The notes under the pieces: generated by a model
Told to the model about the DNA's origin: nothing
The model's input: only the letters and a program-made list of their open reading frames with translations
The model's database searches: none
From: Nematocida ausubeli
Taxonomy: Eukaryota
DNA: 64,000 nt
Direction of reading: 5' to 3'
Assembly (NCBI RefSeq): GCF_000738915.1
Contig: NW_026515636.1
Coordinates: 521,175-585,174, forward strand
Translations under genes and position numbers: made by a program
Shown: positions 42,921 to 52,791 of the stretch, in pieces
Layout of the letters: each line of letters starts with the position of its first letter
Position numbering within the stretch: position 1 is the first letter of the stretch

Positions 42921-43841
42921 TTAACAGTGCAGTGAAAGATACTTTTCAGGGTAGATGGCACTCTCAGGTATCTCAGGCGGAGTATATTCACCGTATGAGT
43001 CCTTGCCACGTATTGAGACTGGTCTTAATATTCTTGTGGTACCACCACCTTTTATTGCCACATTAATTACCATGTTGTAAGAAATTGAAAAAAAGTCATT
43101 TCTTGATGTCTCTGAAGGAACAGTTTCATCTACTAATAGACTTATTTTTCCGTTTATTTCTGTTGTCTTACATGGAAATAGTAGGGTAATTGGGTTTATT
43201 GCATCTGTGAATGAACATAAATTCATTTCTAAATAGCACTCTATCTTCCCTATTGATGCCCCTGGGCTTAGAGAAATTTCCAGTGAATGAGTCTTACCTG
43301 CGTACAGGACTGAGTCATGTACTATGAATATTTCTGTGGATTTATTACCAAAGCAAAGACAGTTATTTATCTGGTGCTTATAATTTATCTTCTGAATATT
43401 CTCTAGGACTGGTTCTATAAGATGTATTTCCCGGGTGTATTTTGCTACTGGCTTAAATATCCCGTATATTTTCACTTCGCACCTGCTTATGTACTTATTC
43501 AAGGCGTAAATATTTTTTGTCTGGGTGATTTTCTTGTACTCAATTGTGGCTCCTTCATCAGAGACCATTCTAAAATTGAAGGGAAATGTGTGTACTCCTG
43601 GGAGCATTCTCTTTGTTCTATTTCCGTATATAATAAACCTGCCTAAATGTCTTGTTGCTCTTTCATTTGAGACTAATTTACTGTTGACTTCATCCACTTT
43701 AATTTCAGATTCTTTGTCGATTGTCAGGATAATGCTTTCAATTGAAATAACACTTGGGATCTGTAGGGTTATGTATCCTGAGATAAGTTCCCCTGCAGAA
43801 TATGCCTTCTTACAATAAAATATACCAACTAGACAAACCAT
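42921..43841 (-). CDS. Arrestin-fold (alpha-arrestin-like) protein
   Basis: YSAGELISGYITL, LPGVHTFPFNF and FFSISYNMVI. Likely start MVCLVG at 43841. Confidence 0.7.
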   Translation of the reverse strand: MVCLVGIFYCKKAYSAGELISGYITLQIPSVISIESIILTIDKESEIKVDEVNSKLVSNERATRHLGRFIIYGNRTKRMLPGVHTFPFNFRMVSDEGATIEYKKITQTKNIYALNKYISRCEVKIYGIFKPVAKYTREIHLIEPVLENIQKINYKHQINNCLCFGNKSTEIFIVHDSVLYAGKTHSLEISLSPGASIGKIECYLEMNLCSFTDAINPITLLFPCKTTEINGKISLLVDETVPSETSRNDFFSISYNMVINVAIKGGGTTRILRPVSIRGKDSYGEYTPPEIPESAIYPEKYLSLHC

Positions 43842-44358
43842 ATCTCTTCTCACCCAACATACTATATAGAATAATCCTGCCAATCCACACCTTCCATAAG
43901 TACCCAATAGAATGCAGATGGAATTAGCGAATTGCACAGGAATAAACCAGAATCATCAGAATATCTCACTACTACGCAGTTATAATCTGCTATAAAATAG
44001 ATTAATACAGTATATTTTTGTAATAAAATTATCTTAATTTCAGGAATTTCTTATCAACAAAGATTAAAAAGTCTTCACTATCTCAAGATCAGAAATTCAC
44101 TATAAATACAGATTAAATTCTACTGAGAACAAGAAATAAATGACAGAGGCACTTACTAAAAAATCAAAGAGAAATTAGAAGAAACAGTCCCAGTGACAGA
44201 CCCAGGACATGAATAAAAGTCCTTCTTTGAATAAGATATTATTTCTATTGGGTTATTACCCCCAGGCTATGATACTTTAGCTATTTTGGCACGTCAATTT
44301 TAATAAAGAGTGAATAATTAAGGTCTTAGATTTATTTGAGTACACATAAGGACTCTCT

Positions 44359-44640
44359 CTACGCCTGAAGGAGTGAATTTATAATGGATATGAGCTGATT
44401 AGTGTCCTCCTCTACGTCTTCTTTGTTTGTTGCCTTTTTGAATACCTCTGAGGCCCTTTTATGTATCTCTTTTTCTGTTTTTATTTCTTCGTCTAATTTC
44501 TCTGGTGAAACTTCCTTGGACTCCAGATATATTACTACTGACTCCAAATACTTCCCTAATTCCTGCAGTATTTCCCTGTCTTCCCTTAGTAAGGCAGTCC
44601 TTAATTCTTTTTCTCTTTCCGCAATTACTTCTGTTCCCAT
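44359..44640 (-). CDS. Hypothetical helical protein, 93 aa
   Basis: Charged ORF with coding-like composition within a tandem minus-strand gene run. Confidence 0.65.
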   Translation of the reverse strand: MGTEVIAEREKELRTALLREDREILQELGKYLESVVIYLESKEVSPEKLDEEIKTEKEIHKRASEVFKKATNKEDVEEDTNQLISIINSLLQA

Positions 44641-44660
44641 GGAAGTATAAATTTGTTTTA

Positions 44661-44906
44661 CTATTTATTTTTAAAGTCGGGGCTTATCATTGGCTTAGCT
44701 TGTCCCAGGAATATACAAGCCCAGGATATTATCATACAAAAGATAGTTGTCCAAACTGTGAACAAAACTGTCTCTTTTGTGGCTTTATTTTTTATCTTAA
44801 CAGACGTATTTATTATTCCCATGATGGTGTACCCTGCGACTAATCCCATTAGACTCACGAAGCCAACAACTGCAAGTGGTGGCCAGTCTTGAATTCTTAA
44901 AAACAT
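44661..44906 (-). CDS. VMA9: V-ATPase V0 subunit e
   Basis: Two TM helices; FCMIISWACIFLGQAKPMISP matches the W...L.Q..P.i.P motif. Confidence 0.8.
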   Translation of the reverse strand: MFLRIQDWPPLAVVGFVSLMGLVAGYTIMGIINTSVKIKNKATKETVLFTVWTTIFCMIISWACIFLGQAKPMISPDFKNK

Positions 44907-44928
44907 GAAGACTAAAAATTAAATTTTG

Positions 44929-45156
44929 CTAAAAGCAGCAGTCACAGTCAATTGGACAATTTGGTGTATTCCCACCCCTACCAATTTTAAGTTCTTCTTG
45001 TGTATATATCTTATATCCATCACATGAGAATATATCTTGTTCTAAGGCACTGCTGCCTCTTACTTCGTATGGTTTTTCTTTTTTTGTCTTTGTCTTTCTA
45101 TTGGGTTTTATGTCCTTTGGTTTCTGTGCAAATATGTCGTCTATTGGGCTAGCCAT
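44929..45156 (-). CDS. DUF1764 family protein
   Basis: IDDIF...DGYKIYTQEELKIGRGGNTPNCPIDCDCCF. Confidence 0.85.
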   Translation of the reverse strand: MASPIDDIFAQKPKDIKPNRKTKTKKEKPYEVRGSSALEQDIFSCDGYKIYTQEELKIGRGGNTPNCPIDCDCCF

Positions 45157-45339
45157 AAAATATTTTACAATAGAGATATTTTTAATTACTACAGAAAAGA
45201 CCGTTAGGTTGTCATTTTATATAAATATACTGGGTTATAGTGTATTTTTACTATAGAGTGAATTATTCTGGAATATATGGTCTTAGTAGTATATTGTACT
45301 ATTAAAGTACTTATTCATATACTGTCTCTAATAATTTGG

Positions 45340-45990
45340 ACGATTTATACTAGTGAATATTGAAGGTTATATGCTAGTGGGTGTTATATACTAGTGGGTG
45401 TTGAATAAGTTTGCTACTGACTGAATATATACACTAGTGAATGGTCTTTACTGTTGACTAAATACACTAGTGACTGAATTTTCTGCTGAATTTTATACTG
45501 AATTAATTTGCTACTAGTGACTGAATATACTGAATATTGACTGAATTGACTGAATATATACACTAGTGACTGAATTTTCTACTAAATGTTATATACTAGT
45601 GAATGAGTTTTCTGCTGAATGGTCTTTGCTGTTGAATGTTGAATGGTCTTTACTACTAGTGACTAAATTTACTTTTGAATGAATTTTCTACTAGTGAGTG
45701 GTCTTTTCTACTAGCAACTGAATACACTACTGAATGGTCTTTGCTACTAGTGACTGAATTGACTGAATGAATATACTAGTGACTGAATACACTACTGAAT
45801 GGTCTTTGCTGTTGAATGAATTTACTAGTGAATGAACTGATTATTGACTAAATACACTAGTAGCTGAATATACTAGTAACTGAATTGACTGTTGACTGAA
45901 TACACTAGTGAATGAATTGACTAAATACACTGCTGAATGGTCTTTTCTACTACTAACTGAATACACTACTGAATACTATACACTGTGACA
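45340..45990. repeat. Degenerate ACTAGTGACTGAAT tandem array
   Basis: Many ACTAGTGA, CTGAAT and GAATGGTCTT units over about 650 bp. Confidence 0.8.
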
Positions 45991-46430
45991 TTCTTGAATA
46001 TTTTGGTCATAGAGTATGTAGTAAGATAGACTATTCTATTTAGTAGGGCATTTATATCTGTTAATTGGTTATATCTATAGTACTAGTATGGTTATAGTGC
46101 ATTCTTTTCCAAAATTAATCTTATGTTTTACAACGTATTCAGTTGGAACTAAGTCTATTTTTGTGTTTGAAATTCAAAGTACCCATAGGTTAAGGGAATA
46201 TGTGTAAAAGGACACTGCACTGGTTCTATTTCTGTATATTAACCAATTAATCTACAAGAATAAAACTTGTCTTGTAAAAAGCCAATTATCTACTGATTAG
46301 AAATAAACCAGTAAGAATATTAAATGAACCAATTGAATCGGAATAATACTGCAGATAGAAGGCACTTGATTATATCTTGTGTAGACTTTCTGATTATATT
46401 TTCTATATAACCAGAAGTCATTGAAGAGAC

Positions 46431-46625
46431 ATGGCAGAAGCTGCAGAAGGAAATAACAAGAAAAAGATATGTATAATTGCAGGAGTAGTTCTTTTAATTG
46501 TAGCTGCTGGATTTATAGGACTTATGGTTATGAAAAATAAGAGCGCAGATGAAGGAGCTAACCCAACCCCCAGTGCAGCCACAGGTGGACCCGCAGGTGG
46601 GGAAACCGGTGATGGGAATTCATAG
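46431..46625 (+). CDS. Small single-pass membrane protein, 64 aa
   Basis: KKK followed by TM ICIIAGVVLLIVAAGFIGLMVM and a G/P/T-rich tail. TATATAA lies 27 nt upstream. Confidence 0.8.
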   Translation: MAEAAEGNNKKKICIIAGVVLLIVAAGFIGLMVMKNKSADEGANPTPSAATGGPAGGETGDGNS

Positions 46626-47189
46626 AAGCCTTAGTTTATAAACGTATAGAATCTTATTTGGTAGATATTTATAACTGTTAATAGATAAATAGTAAATTAT
46701 AACAGACATAATTAAATTTCTACTACAAAATAATCTATTCTATCTATTTTAAGTTCTAGATTAAGGTCTATTTTCATTATCTATTGGATTACTTTATTAT
46801 TTGACTTTGCATGCAGGTTCACAATAAATTCAGTTATTCATTTTTTGCTTTTTAACGGATTATTTCAGGTTTTCAAGTATATTTTTATTCTAACAGTATA
46901 AGATATCTCTCTTATTGATAACCTAAGTGCCTTTAGACATAGATTCAATGTGAATACTTCTACTCACCAGTTATTTGTTCTGGTGTATGACTGCCTTCTA
47001 CTGTTTTGTGTTAGAGTACAGGTTCTTTTAGTGACCAATTAATTCCTAAACTCAGTGACCATTCAGATACTGTTTACAACCTAACAAATCATCCTTTACT
47101 TCTATTGTTTCTGTTGGTTTTTTTGTTCGTTTGCAATTGGAGTATTCTTCTACAAAGGTATAAATATGCAGAAGAACTGTCTTTTCACA

Positions 47190-47291
47190 ATGGAAAAGAA
47201 AGGAAAATTAATTCTATCATGCGCATCAATCATTACAGGATCAGTGCTTGGGACAGTCTGTGTGAGGCATATGTGCAATATGTGGTTGTAG
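47190..47291 (+). CDS. Candidate 33-aa hydrophobic micropeptide
   Basis: MEKKGKLILSCASIITGSVLGTVCVRHMCNMWL*. TATAAATA at 47159, 31 nt upstream. Confidence 0.4.
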   Translation: MEKKGKLILSCASIITGSVLGTVCVRHMCNMWL

Positions 47292-47303
47292 TTGCGTAAT
47301 TAG

Positions 47304-48266
47304 TTAATTTGTTATTTGCTTGCCGTATTTTAATTTAGCTATGAATAAACTATCGCTGAATGGTAGCTTAACTGTTTCTTCTGTTTTTATGTTCTTTGTG
47401 CTTACTCCGTACTTATAAAGTGTTTGTTTTTCAATTGGAATCCTGGTTATATGTGGATTATTTTTAAGAGCCATTTGAATTACGCCTTCATTCTCTTCTT
47501 CTTCGAATGTGCATGTGGAATAGATCAGAATTCCATCTACTGCTAGCATATTTATCCCGTGAGATAGAATTTCCAACTGTTCTTGTGCATAATTCTTTGG
47601 TTTTGGAGTCTGTCCTTCTGCATATTTCACTGTGCTAGTCTGTGAGCACTCTGGGTCTACGATTATTCTATCATATTTGGCTTCTTTGTGCTTATGTCCT
47701 ATACGCCTAAGACTTGTGCTTGTGTAAAATGCACTTCCTCTTACACCTTCTGCCTCCATCTTGCATCTGCACGGGTGAATTTCACTTTTTACTTCTTCCT
47801 TAGAGACAGGATATACGGGAGTACTTGTAAAGGATGCACTATCCCCTAGAAGTAATCTTACATTAGGTACTTTATACTTCTGAATGAGTGATTTCGTTAT
47901 ACTTAGTCTACTCCTGGAAATATCTATTCCTGTGATTGTACCATATATCTGCTTACCTGCTGGTGCACTTGCTTGCATAAGCAGTCCTGCATATACTAGC
48001 TTCATTCCAGGTGCACAGCACATGTCAAGTATTTTTGAATTCTCGTTTATCTCCAGGTGATCTATTGCTATTATTGACCACAGTGACATTGAGAGGATTT
48101 TTCCTTCTATGTATTCCTTAGTGTTAGATATCTTATAGTCCCTGGGGTATGAGAATATTTTCGCACTGTATGGATCACATCTGAACAAGAATTCTTGTGA
48201 TCTGAGTGCACTTTCTACTCTTGCTGGATTCATTACGAAGAACTTTTTTCTCTTTTCTTCTTGCAT
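47304..48266 (-). CDS. NOL1/NOP2/Sun-family RNA m5C methyltransferase
   Basis: ILDMCCAPGMK, YDRIIVDPECS, and LIYSTCT...ENEGVI. Confidence 0.88.
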   Translation of the reverse strand: MQEEKRKKFFVMNPARVESALRSQEFLFRCDPYSAKIFSYPRDYKISNTKEYIEGKILSMSLWSIIAIDHLEINENSKILDMCCAPGMKLVYAGLLMQASAPAGKQIYGTITGIDISRSRLSITKSLIQKYKVPNVRLLLGDSASFTSTPVYPVSKEEVKSEIHPCRCKMEAEGVRGSAFYTSTSLRRIGHKHKEAKYDRIIVDPECSQTSTVKYAEGQTPKPKNYAQEQLEILSHGINMLAVDGILIYSTCTFEEEENEGVIQMALKNNPHITRIPIEKQTLYKYGVSTKNIKTEETVKLPFSDSLFIAKLKYGKQITN

Positions 48267-48689
48267 TTTTATGCATTTTTATCAAAAAAAATATATATTT
48301 ATACTTTTATATAGACTCTTCACTGAATATATGTATTTATAAAGGGTTTTAAAAATAAAAAATAAAAAGTATTTTATCAGTTAGGAAATACACTTAGAAC
48401 ACAAGTGTACAACATAGAAGGCACAGTGCACCGTATAGTATTAATTAGAATGACAAAATACCAGAAAATATACGGTTTTTATTGAATTAATCACATAATA
48501 TCATGGTTTATAATAGATTATAACAACAAATACTTTATTCATTATGATAGTACAATAAATCTATCAATTCTCAATGCATATCCTTATATATTCAGGGTAT
48601 ATCTCTAAAGCACATATTAAAAATATTTTAGTTCAAGAAATTCGGGGTATATAGAATTATAGAGAGAGTATAGAGAGAAATATTTGAGA

Positions 48690-48990
48690 GAATTTACAAG
48701 ATATAGGAGAAATTCACTAGACAATTCACTAGATACAGGAGAAATATTTGAGAATTTACAATAGAAAACCACTAGACAATTCACTAGACACAGAGAACTC
48801 ACTAGAGAAATATTTGAGAGAATCTACTAGACACTAGAGAATCTACTAGACACAATAGAAAACCACTAGAGAATTTACAAGATACAATAGAAATATTTGA
48901 GAGAATTCACTAGAGAACATAAAGAAAATCACTAGAACACAATAAACCACAACAGAAAACCACAAGAAAACAATAGAACAATAAACCAAT
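48690..48990. repeat. Degenerate CACTAGA(C/G)A tandem array
   Basis: Repeated TTCACTAGA and GAAATATTTGAGAGAAT units. Confidence 0.75.
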
Positions 48991-49064
48991 AATCCACTAG
49001 AAAACAAGACTGATTAGTCTATGGAATGGAACATTCAAAATATATTTTATTGAGTATACGGCAG

Positions 49065-51116
49065 TTATTTAATGTGGGCCAGGGTTCTGGCTTGGTTTAC
49101 AGACTCAGAAATACTTTCGTATCGACTGCATGATGCCTTAAATCCCTTTATGTTGCTGGATATAGCAGGAGAAGACTCACCTGACTTGAATATTGCAGTT
49201 ACGTGACCCATTTCTCCTGTTTTTCCCTTCCGTATCATAAACTGAATCGACAGTTCTTTCTCTGTGTAATGTATCTCGTAAGGAACAGAAACCCCCAACT
49301 TCTTAACTTCTTTTTCCACAGAAGTCATCCTTAAGACATAACGGATAATCACAGGAATACTTTGCACGAGTAAATCCATTGCAACTAGACCAGCACCCAC
49401 AGAGAGAGCAATGAACTCTTTAAAAAGGCTCTTTGTCTTTGTCTCTGCGTATACGTCTACAATATTCGTACCATCGTATATAACTGTAATAACTAGATCA
49501 CAGATTGAAAATAAAAGTCTACTGTGTGATATTTCAAGTATTTTTACTCCCAGTATCACTTCCATCCTTTGCACTGCAGATTTAACTTGCTCCAGGTCAT
49601 CCTTCTGAACTTCTTCAACTAACAGACTCTCTTGAATATTTTGTATCTCAGCCTTCTCTCTTTCAATTATTTCAGTTATTTCATCATTCTTCTCTTTGAG
49701 ACTGCAGAGTGTACTTGTTAATCCATTGAGTTTTTCCTTTAAGATTACCTCTTCTTCTTTATTTGTCTCTACTTCTTTCATAAATCCATTTACTTCTTCC
49801 TGGGAGAGAGACCCAATTGTCTGAAGAACCTTCTTCATTGACTTTTCTTTATTCTCTAAGCCAGACAGATCTATCTTCTTAACTCCTTCTTTTAATCTTT
49901 CAATTTTCTCAAGTAATGAACCCTTTTCCTTCTCAAAGTCATTGAATATTCTCTCTGTCTCATTAAGAAATTCCTTTTCAACTGTCAATCTTTTCTTGTG
50001 CCAGTGTGCTTTTCCTTCCTTTCTTGCATCTGACTTCATCTGTCTCAATTTCGATAGTAGTGCATTCCTATCGATCGATGAGAGACCTGTGCAATCTACT
50101 TCCCTCTCAATCACTTCAGTCTCTTCCCTTGTTCTTTCTATTTCTGCAGAAAGCCCTGAGGATAGGTTATTTTGGGTGTCAATTCGTCTCTGCATGAATT
50201 CCCGGTAGTAAATTACATTAGAAGGTTCAACCTTATTCCTTATCTTTGATAAAGTCTCCCTTCTATTCCCTAGGGACAGATTATCCAAGAACCTTATCCC
50301 TGTCTCTGCTAATATTTCACGTATCTTCTTTGTTTCTTCTTTCTTTGTTGTTTCATATTTACTTAAAACTTCTTCTACATTCACTGTATCATAGACTAAA
50401 GTATTACTGTCTGCAGCACAGACAATCTCAGATAGCATATCACTCAGAATATCATCTTTATCCCCATCTAAAGAATATTCTGGATTATTATTTTCTGCAT
50501 CTTCTGGTGTATAGTCATATACATCCTTAGTAGTAGGGATTGTCTCAGTGATATTTTCCATACTAAAGTCTTTTTCATGAGTAGATATACGTCTGTCACT
50601 AGAGATTATTTCTTCCTGTATATTTACATGACTATTTCTTCTAGTTTCATCAGGAATTACTGTCTCAAATTCACTTTGTACTTTGATGGGTGACCTACTA
50701 GACTGCACTGTGCCATCAGATGGTATTCTTATATTACATGCTGTATGCTCCATTGTTCTATTTCTGTCAACTGGACACATACTCATTCTTCTTTCTTCAA
50801 AGGTCTCTTCTGAATCATCCATAATGAAATTCTCTTCTTTTTCTTCACACAAAGGAAGTGTTTCATCTTGCATTAGATCATCTTCCATTATATTCTCTTC
50901 TAGTGATATTTCCATATTCATCTTACTTGTAGTCTCCATGCTTATTCCTGTAGAACTACTTTCTGATTTACTGTGGTCATCTTTACTGTGAGAATAGACT
51001 ATTTGAGGCTCTAAGGCAAAACTAACTCTTCTCACGGAAGGTCTTCTCTCTTCTATCTCACCCTGTGGGTTTTCATCCATTTTGAAGTATTGGTCTATTT
51101 CCCTTGACTTTTTCAT
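49065..51116 (-). CDS. SPC105: Kinetochore protein KNL1/Spc105/Spc7
   Basis: N-terminal RRVSF PP1-docking motif, MELT-like METT/MEIS/MEHT repeats, Spc7-type ILAETGIRFLDNL and a coiled coil. Confidence 0.82.
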   Translation of the reverse strand: MKKSREIDQYFKMDENPQGEIEERRPSVRRVSFALEPQIVYSHSKDDHSKSESSSTGISMETTSKMNMEISLEENIMEDDLMQDETLPLCEEKEENFIMDDSEETFEERRMSMCPVDRNRTMEHTACNIRIPSDGTVQSSRSPIKVQSEFETVIPDETRRNSHVNIQEEIISSDRRISTHEKDFSMENITETIPTTKDVYDYTPEDAENNNPEYSLDGDKDDILSDMLSEIVCAADSNTLVYDTVNVEEVLSKYETTKKEETKKIREILAETGIRFLDNLSLGNRRETLSKIRNKVEPSNVIYYREFMQRRIDTQNNLSSGLSAEIERTREETEVIEREVDCTGLSSIDRNALLSKLRQMKSDARKEGKAHWHKKRLTVEKEFLNETERIFNDFEKEKGSLLEKIERLKEGVKKIDLSGLENKEKSMKKVLQTIGSLSQEEVNGFMKEVETNKEEEVILKEKLNGLTSTLCSLKEKNDEITEIIEREKAEIQNIQESLLVEEVQKDDLEQVKSAVQRMEVILGVKILEISHSRLLFSICDLVITVIYDGTNIVDVYAETKTKSLFKEFIALSVGAGLVAMDLLVQSIPVIIRYVLRMTSVEKEVKKLGVSVPYEIHYTEKELSIQFMIRKGKTGEMGHVTAIFKSGESSPAISSNIKGFKASCSRYESISESVNQARTLAHIK

Positions 51117-51206
51117 ATTTTCAATTTCGCATTTTAATTTATGCAGTAGGAAGACAACTGAACTCTAAATAAAATTAATAAGAAATAAAGAGATAAACTG
51201 TTTTAT

Positions 51207-51428
51207 TTATAATATACACCCTAATAATTCATTTAGCCAAGGTAATTCTGCTCTTGTATTTGTCTCAATTGTGTCAATTGTCTCTTTTGTTTTATTTTCT
51301 GCTTCTGAGGTTTTCTTTCTGCGGCTTGTGATTGTATTAGATGCGAATTCCATTGTAATTGGATCCTTATTCTCTTTATCCCATTCATCCCTAAACTCCT
51401 CAGAAAAAGACAGTCTTGGTGCACGCAT
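51207..51428 (-). CDS. 73-aa protein with KEN box and D-box-like motif
   Basis: DKENKDP and RAELPWLN; coding-like composition. Confidence 0.55.
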   Translation of the reverse strand: MRAPRLSFSEEFRDEWDKENKDPITMEFASNTITSRRKKTSEAENKTKETIDTIETNTRAELPWLNELLGCIL

Positions 51429-51463
51429 CCTGCGGTTTATTTTCCAAGTATAAATAGAAATAA

Positions 51464-51485
51464 TTGGCGGGATTATTTGCCGCCA
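51464..51485. promoter_or_regulatory. Inverted pair of E2F-like GC elements
   Basis: TTGGCGGGA followed by TTTGCCGCCA, 36-57 nt upstream of the KEN-box ORF. Confidence 0.4.
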
Positions 51486-52142
51486 CTAATCATAAAGGAA
51501 TATCCAGAAGACAATCTAAAAGAATAATATCAAGTATAACCAGTAAACCATAAGAGACATAACCATATAATACATAAATATATCAAAGGAATTCACAAGA
51601 CACCATATATATAAGCAAGAATAATGCACCAATTAGATTTATGTATTGTCGTAGTAGAGCATATGTAGAAGAATAGACAGAATAGACGAAGTAGAAGATA
51701 TATTCAGGTAGTGATAGGAATAGAGCATGTTATTGTTATTGTTCTTGTGTACATTCTTGTAGATATTCTTGTATATTTCTGTATATTCTTGTATATTTCT
51801 GTATATAAATAGACTAATTTCTACATATTTTTCTCTATTTTTCTTCCTCTCTGTATATTCTTGTGTATTCATATAGAACTAGACTAAATTGTAAATATTT
51901 TCTTGTAGATTCTTGTACATATTCTTGTACATACTCAGATAGAACTAGACTAATTTCTACATATTCTTGTATATTCCTGTAGATCCAGATATAAATAGAC
52001 TAAATTGTACACATTCTCGTATATTCAGATATAAATAGACTAATTTATATATTTTCTCCCTCTCTCCATATTCTCTCTACTCCCTCTACTCTCCATATAT
52101 TCCCTCTATTATACTATTAAGATATAAATATTTTATTATTCC

Positions 52143-52760
52143 ATGGGAAGTGAATACGAAGACGAACTGGAGTTCTTCTCATTTCTGCCAGGTGACTTTC
52201 ATATGGAACTGTACCAGGGAATGAGCCGTATTATAGTGAATTCCTTGAATACAACAGAAAATATTCGGGGAAGAATGGATAAGATTGAGTCTGCCTTACA
52301 GAAGAATATGCTTATTTTTGAGAGATTCACATTAAGGAATATATTCACATTTCCTGAGGACTTCGTATACAACAGGAAGGAGTCTACTGCTAGTCCTATT
52401 TCACCAGAGGACCTTCGTACAGGAATTCTTTCACTTGCAATAAAAAAGGCAGAAATATCTGCCTTACAGGAGTCAATTGAGCAGAAGCAAGCAGCACAGA
52501 CAGACCTACAATGCAGATGGAATAGTCTTCAGAGTATCCCTGGTATGCAGCCTATCTTAGATGGTCTCTCAGAGCTAAATAATTTAATGAGGTGCACTAG
52601 AGAGATAAAGAACAAGTACATTCAAGGTCACTCTGTACCCCATGGGAAGAGTACTAAGAGAGAACTAGAAGAAGAGATAAGGAAGAATGAGTGTGCTGAA
52701 CTAGAAAGAAGAATTCCCATGGGAATACTATCTGCCTTAGAGAGTGCACTCTCTGGATAA
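52143..52760 (+). CDS. MIS12: Kinetochore protein Mis12/Mtw1
   Basis: EFFSFLP...IESALQKNMLIFERFTLRNIFTFP Mis12-domain signature followed by a coiled coil. Confidence 0.8.
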   Translation: MGSEYEDELEFFSFLPGDFHMELYQGMSRIIVNSLNTTENIRGRMDKIESALQKNMLIFERFTLRNIFTFPEDFVYNRKESTASPISPEDLRTGILSLAIKKAEISALQESIEQKQAAQTDLQCRWNSLQSIPGMQPILDGLSELNNLMRCTREIKNKYIQGHSVPHGKSTKRELEEEIRKNECAELERRIPMGILSALESALSG

Positions 52761-52791
52761 ATAAACTGCATAAAATAGAGGGATTTATTGT

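Noticed and set aside
47105..47299. 64-aa + strand ORF from the track
   Set aside because: It starts at TTG and spans a TATA-like element. The ATG-initiated 33-aa ORF in another frame is the better candidate.
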